A DNA stretch of 64,000 bases from Raja brachyura (lineage: Eukaryota). The stretch is from assembly GCA_963514005.1 (NCBI GenBank), contig OY740792.1, positions 31,496,001 through 31,560,000 on the forward strand. Reading direction: 5' to 3'. The position numbers and the translations under genes were made by a program. Numbering within the stretch: position 1 is the stretch's first letter; each line of letters begins with the position of its first letter. Under the pieces are notes generated by a model, which was not told the DNA's origin, searched no databases, and saw only the letters and a program-made list of their open reading frames with translations. Below, piece by piece: positions 59,579-64,000 of this stretch.

Positions 59579-59929
59579 AAAGACCAAATGTGACCAGAAA
59601 GGATCTTTTTGCCATTGTTTTACTGTTTGTTTTACTTTACCATTGGAATCAGGATAACCAGGATTATTTCATGTTCCATCTCTACTTTTCACTCTGTGAA
59701 TACTTCTGGAATCATCTCACACAATTTACTCGAGTCAACCTTTCTCAAATGTCCATCAAAGTAAGATGGAGACACTAAGGGACTGCAAATACTGGAAACT
59801 TGAACAGAAAAATTACGTGCTGGTAGAAGGTCCAGCATTTGGATTTTGCTTTATCAAAGGCTCGGCTGTCCATTGGGAAAGAGCTTGGGCAGCAGAACAC
59901 GGGTACAGAGATGATGGATGGATTAGTTA

Positions 59930-61920
59930 TCATCTTCCAAAATTCCCCAGATTTTCAAAAGGCTCCAGTGGATTAAAATAGTAATGTAATACGCTTTACT
60001 ATTCAAGAAAGAGAGAAAGAAAAAATAGTGAACTGCGGGCCAATTAGCATAACTTCAGAGAAAATGCAGGAATCTATTATTAAGGAAATGATAACAACAT
60101 TTAGAAATGCATAAAATAATTAGGCTGAGTCAACACCACTTTATGAAAGGGAAATCACGTTTAACAAATTTATTAGAGTCCTTCAGTTCCTTCCTACAAT
60201 GGAGTGCTTGCACTGCAGCTTCTGCCGGCGAGTCTCTAAGATTCTCTAAGAACTGTAACGTCCAGGTTCAGGGACAGCTTATTCCCTATAGCCATCAGGT
60301 TATTAAACACTACAACCTAATATAGGCTCTAAACTACAATAGACAATTATTATTATTATTGTTGCGCTGTTTTGTTTGTTTTTTGAGTATGTATATATAT
60401 ATATGTATATATACACACACACTGAGCTTTTCTTTTCACTCTCTCGTTTGTTATTTCATACTATGTTTGCATATTCTGTGGTGCTGCAGGAAGTAAGAAT
60501 TTCATTGTTCCATCTGGGACATATGACAATAAAACACTCTTGACTCTTGAAATGGTTTGAATGAAGGGATTGACTGCAATGCAGCCAAACCTCCTAATGA
60601 AGCAAAAATAGGTGGGATACCAAGTTGTAAGACCAAGAAACCCACAAAAGGATATGGATGGGTTAATTGGTGGGCAAGAAGTTTGTATTTGGACTATGAT
60701 GTGCCAAAATAGGAGTTTATTCATTTTGGAAAGAATAAAAATGCAAATTAATATTTAAGCGAGTGAGATAACAAAATGTTGCGATGCAAAGGAATCTGGG
60801 GCTCCAAACACAAAAGGTCAGCTTGGAATTACAGCAAGCAATTCAATGGTTCTTTATTGTTGCCTATGCACAGCACAGTGACATTTTTTTTTTGCACAAC
60901 CACAACTGCACAGTTGCCACATAACAAAAGGAAAAGAAGAAACAGAAACAGAAAACACAAATAGTCCAAAGTGCAATTCCACGTGTTGGACGTCCTGCAG
61001 CGCCTCCGATCGAGGTAAGGTCGACCTGGTGTCCCTCTCCCCTGCTGAACGCCTGGGTTCCAGGGAGCACATCCAGTAGCCGAACTTGAGGGCGCTGGAG
61101 GCATTATCCTGGTTCCTCTGCTACCCGGCCCACCCTTCACGTCCGTCACCATCAGCGGCTCCCTCCTTGACTCTCCAGTCACTGTGTCACTCCACCTACG
61201 GCCCTTGTTCTTGTCCCTTGTTCTCGGCATTCACTTCAGTTACCATCATCATCCTCGGTAGTCACTCCAGTCGCCAGGCTTGTCCTTGTTCGTGGCCACT
61301 GTCGGCCAAGTCCGGTCTCCATCAGCTCTGCGCCGGTGGCCAGGTCCGATCCAGCATGGCCGCGTAGACTTCACCCGGAGCTTAACTTCTGCGCCAGCAC
61401 TGCACTCACCAGGAGCTTCACTTCTCAATTCAGAAGGATAATGAGGTGTATACCTATATCACAAAGGCTATGGAATATTAAAGCAGAGAAGTTGTCATGC
61501 AACTTCACAGGGTGCTGAGGAGGCCACACCTCCATACTGTGTGCAATTTTGGCCTGCATCTTTAAGGAAGGATGTGCTTGCACTGGAGGCTGTATGGAGA
61601 GGTTCACCAGGTTATTCCTGGGACATTCTGATTGAAACGTAGAGGATTTGAACAATATTGATAGCATGGATTTGTGTCACATTTGTAGAATAAGGGCTCA
61701 ACTATTTAAGATGAAGGTGAGGAGGAATTTCTTCTCTCATGTGATTATAATTCTACCCCAGAGAGCAGTGGAGGCAGAGTTAGATCATAAGGTCATATGA
61801 TAGGAATAGAATTAGGCCATTCAGCCAATCAAGTCTACTCCGCCATTTAATAATGGCTGATCTATTTCTCCCACCTAATCCCATTCTCTGGCCTTCTCCC
61901 CATAACCTCTCACACTAATT
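59930..61920. mobile_element. Old CR1 LINE fragments (plus strand) with nested insertions, plus a minus-strand CR1 tail at ~61785-61920
   Basis: SQHHFMKGKSRLTNLLESF peptide, GAGGCCACACC...TGTGTGCAATTTTGG, and AGAATTAGGCCATTCAGCC. Confidence 0.6.
60250..60550 (+). mobile_element. Rex1/L2-like LINE 3' end
   Basis: CAGGTTCAGGGACAGCTT...GCCATCAGGTTATTAAAC...GACAATAAAACACTCTTGACTCTTGA. Confidence 0.7.
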
Positions 61921-63127
61921 AAGCTATTACATATATTCAAGCTGACAAGGATATTAGTGGAGTGCGATTGAAAGTGGCATTGAGGTCAAGACTGGATTGA
62001 GGGCAAGTCATCGATTGGGAAACAGGTTAGGGAAATATGGCTGCCCCCAACACCTGATCCTGCAGCGCAGGTTCCAATCATCCTATTTTCAGATTCCAAT
62101 TGAGTTGGGTTCTACATTATGCTCAAAATGTTTTCACAATGTTTTCTGAAGGTAATGTAAAGCACACGTTACATCTCAACTCTGCTCAGATTTATTAGGG
62201 TGCATTTCAATCACTCGTTGTCTTATATGTCAGTTATACACTAGTTAACACAGCAAGCTAAAATATAAAGGTACATTTCAAGTGCATAAGTTGGAGTTTC
62301 AAATAGGGCATGTCAGCACTATTGCAAATGCACAATTTCAGCATTAGACACCAGGGAATTATTTTCACTTGAACTTGTTTAATCAGAGCAATGTGATTTA
62401 TGTGCACCTGGAACATGTTTTATGAAGTATGGAGTCTTGTCTGTGGAGTTACGAATATAACACCACATTTTTATAGATCAACGGAGGTGTTTTATATTCC
62501 CCATAGTAATATTATAGGGTCAAATCAGAATTGATTACATTAAAAGGTGCTAATGCAAAAGTAATATTCCTTGTAATGTTCCCCAGTTTTTTAAACTTCT
62601 GCTCTGAATTATAGAATAGATTCCAACCCTGGATAAATTGCTTTACTGCTGAGTATAAATATTAATTCTCCTTGAGTTCTCAAGTAAGTTTATCAAATTA
62701 GAATAATTTAGAAATACAATAAAATTGCTAATTCACCCCTTCCCATTCTCATATAGATGATGATCCAGAAATTAGATGTTACTATTTTAGGTACATCTAA
62801 TATGGTTGAGATTTTGCATGATAACAATTCATGTTTCCTCCAAAAAAAAAAATCAAGAAATCACTTAAAAAGACATTTGAGGCAGTATTATGATGGCTTG
62901 TGTGCAGGCAGAAGCATTAAAATGGAACCAGCATGGTTCCTAGTGTTATAATGCTCGATTCAGCACAATCGGACACACTTGGAGCACAGCAGTCAAAGGC
63001 CATTGCCCTTTAAAAGCACATCCTCGGTGGCCACCCAATGCAATGTTGATATATACACACAGCACTGCCAAGAGGGGATGTCATGGCAATTCTAGAAACA
63101 TAAGCAATGATCTTTTCACTTTGTGAG

Positions 63128-63354
63128 AACAGAACTTCAGATGCTGGTTTATACCAAAGATAGACACAAAGTGCTGGAGTAACTCAGCAGGTCAGGTCAC
63201 AGCTCAGGAGAAGAAGGATGGGTGGCATTTCGGGTTGGGTCTCTTCTTCAGACTGAAGAATGAAGTAAGGTCCTGACCCGAAACATTACCCAACCTTTTT
63301 CTCCTGAGATGCTGCCTGACCCGCTGAGTTATTCCTGCACTTTGTGTCTATCTT
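63128..63354. mobile_element. Palindromic Penelope-derived element with hammerhead-like cores on both strands
   Basis: AAGATAGACACAAAGTGCTGGAGTAACTCAGC...TTTCGGGT...TCTTCAG | CTGAAGA...ACCCGAAA...GCTGAGTTATTCCTGCACTTTGTGTCTATCTT. Confidence 0.82.
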
Positions 63355-63790
63355 CAAGCTTCTCACTTTGTTATCACTTAACCTGAAATATCTTTGCTGA
63401 AAACATGATGTCAATCCATACCTAACCTGGGATACAAAGGCCCAATATCATCCTGTACAATAATATCCTCCTCGAGGGAGGAGGTATGGTAATCGCAGAT
63501 AGTCCCTACAGTGTACCCTGTACACAGGAACAATGTTTGGGAGATTGATAAATTAGGTTGTATTTGCCGGCTGCTGCAGGGTGGCAGGCATCTTCTGCCA
63601 GATGGGAACAAGGCATTCCACTCATCTGCTCTCCCATCCTCCTCCCCCCCCCCCCCCCCCCCACCCTCGTCCCTCACGACTATCGGGGGCTGGGTCAAAC
63701 ACTGAGCAGACCTGCTCGCTCAGGTGGGTGGCCACTCTTCCCATGCCTGCTTACTATCAGTGAATGAGCTATTTCTGTGGTCCTCCCCAA

Positions 63791-64000
63791 CACATAGAAA
63801 CATAGAAAATAGGTGCAGGGGTAGGCCATTCGGCCCTTTGAGCCCCAACACCGCCATTCAATATGATCATAGATACATAGACAATAGGTGCAGGAGTAGA
63901 CCATTCGACCCTTCGAGCCAGCATCACCATTCAATGTGATCATGGCTGATCATCCATAATCAATACCCCGTTCCTGCCTTCACCCCATACACCTTGATTC
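63791..64000 (-). mobile_element. Two tandem CR1 3' ends (continues past the window edge)
   Basis: AATAGGTGCAGG(G/A)GTAG...CCATTCG occurs twice, with (CATAGA) tails. Confidence 0.85.

Overview
Repeat-dense, non-prokaryotic sequence. The repeat families (V-SINE/HE1-like SINEs, CR1 tails ending in (CTATTGT)n, Penelope-derived hairpin elements) suggest a cartilaginous fish such as a skate or ray; this assignment is an inference. I could not support any host gene exon. The main feature is an apparently intact ~5.3 kb DIRS1-type tyrosine-recombinase retrotransposon (20409-25723, minus). It has gag, RT/RNase H/methyltransferase-like and YR ORFs, inverted termini and an internal complementary region (ICR). 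Three degraded DIRS copies from other subfamilies are also present. Comparing the four copies shows conserved candidate expression signals: a 5'-leader mini-intron, a UUUUUUA site in gag that opens into the -1 (pol) frame, and a donor/acceptor pair that would splice the pol start in frame onto the recombinase. Other elements are a Tc1 transposon split by a Penelope insertion with an 18-bp TSD, many hammerhead-motif Penelope derivatives, Harbinger-type MITEs (two self-nested), a hAT-type element, CR1/Tx1/RTE/Rex1 fragments, minisatellites, a 1.94-kb tandem duplication and two N gaps. Family names come from motif recognition only; no database searches were run.
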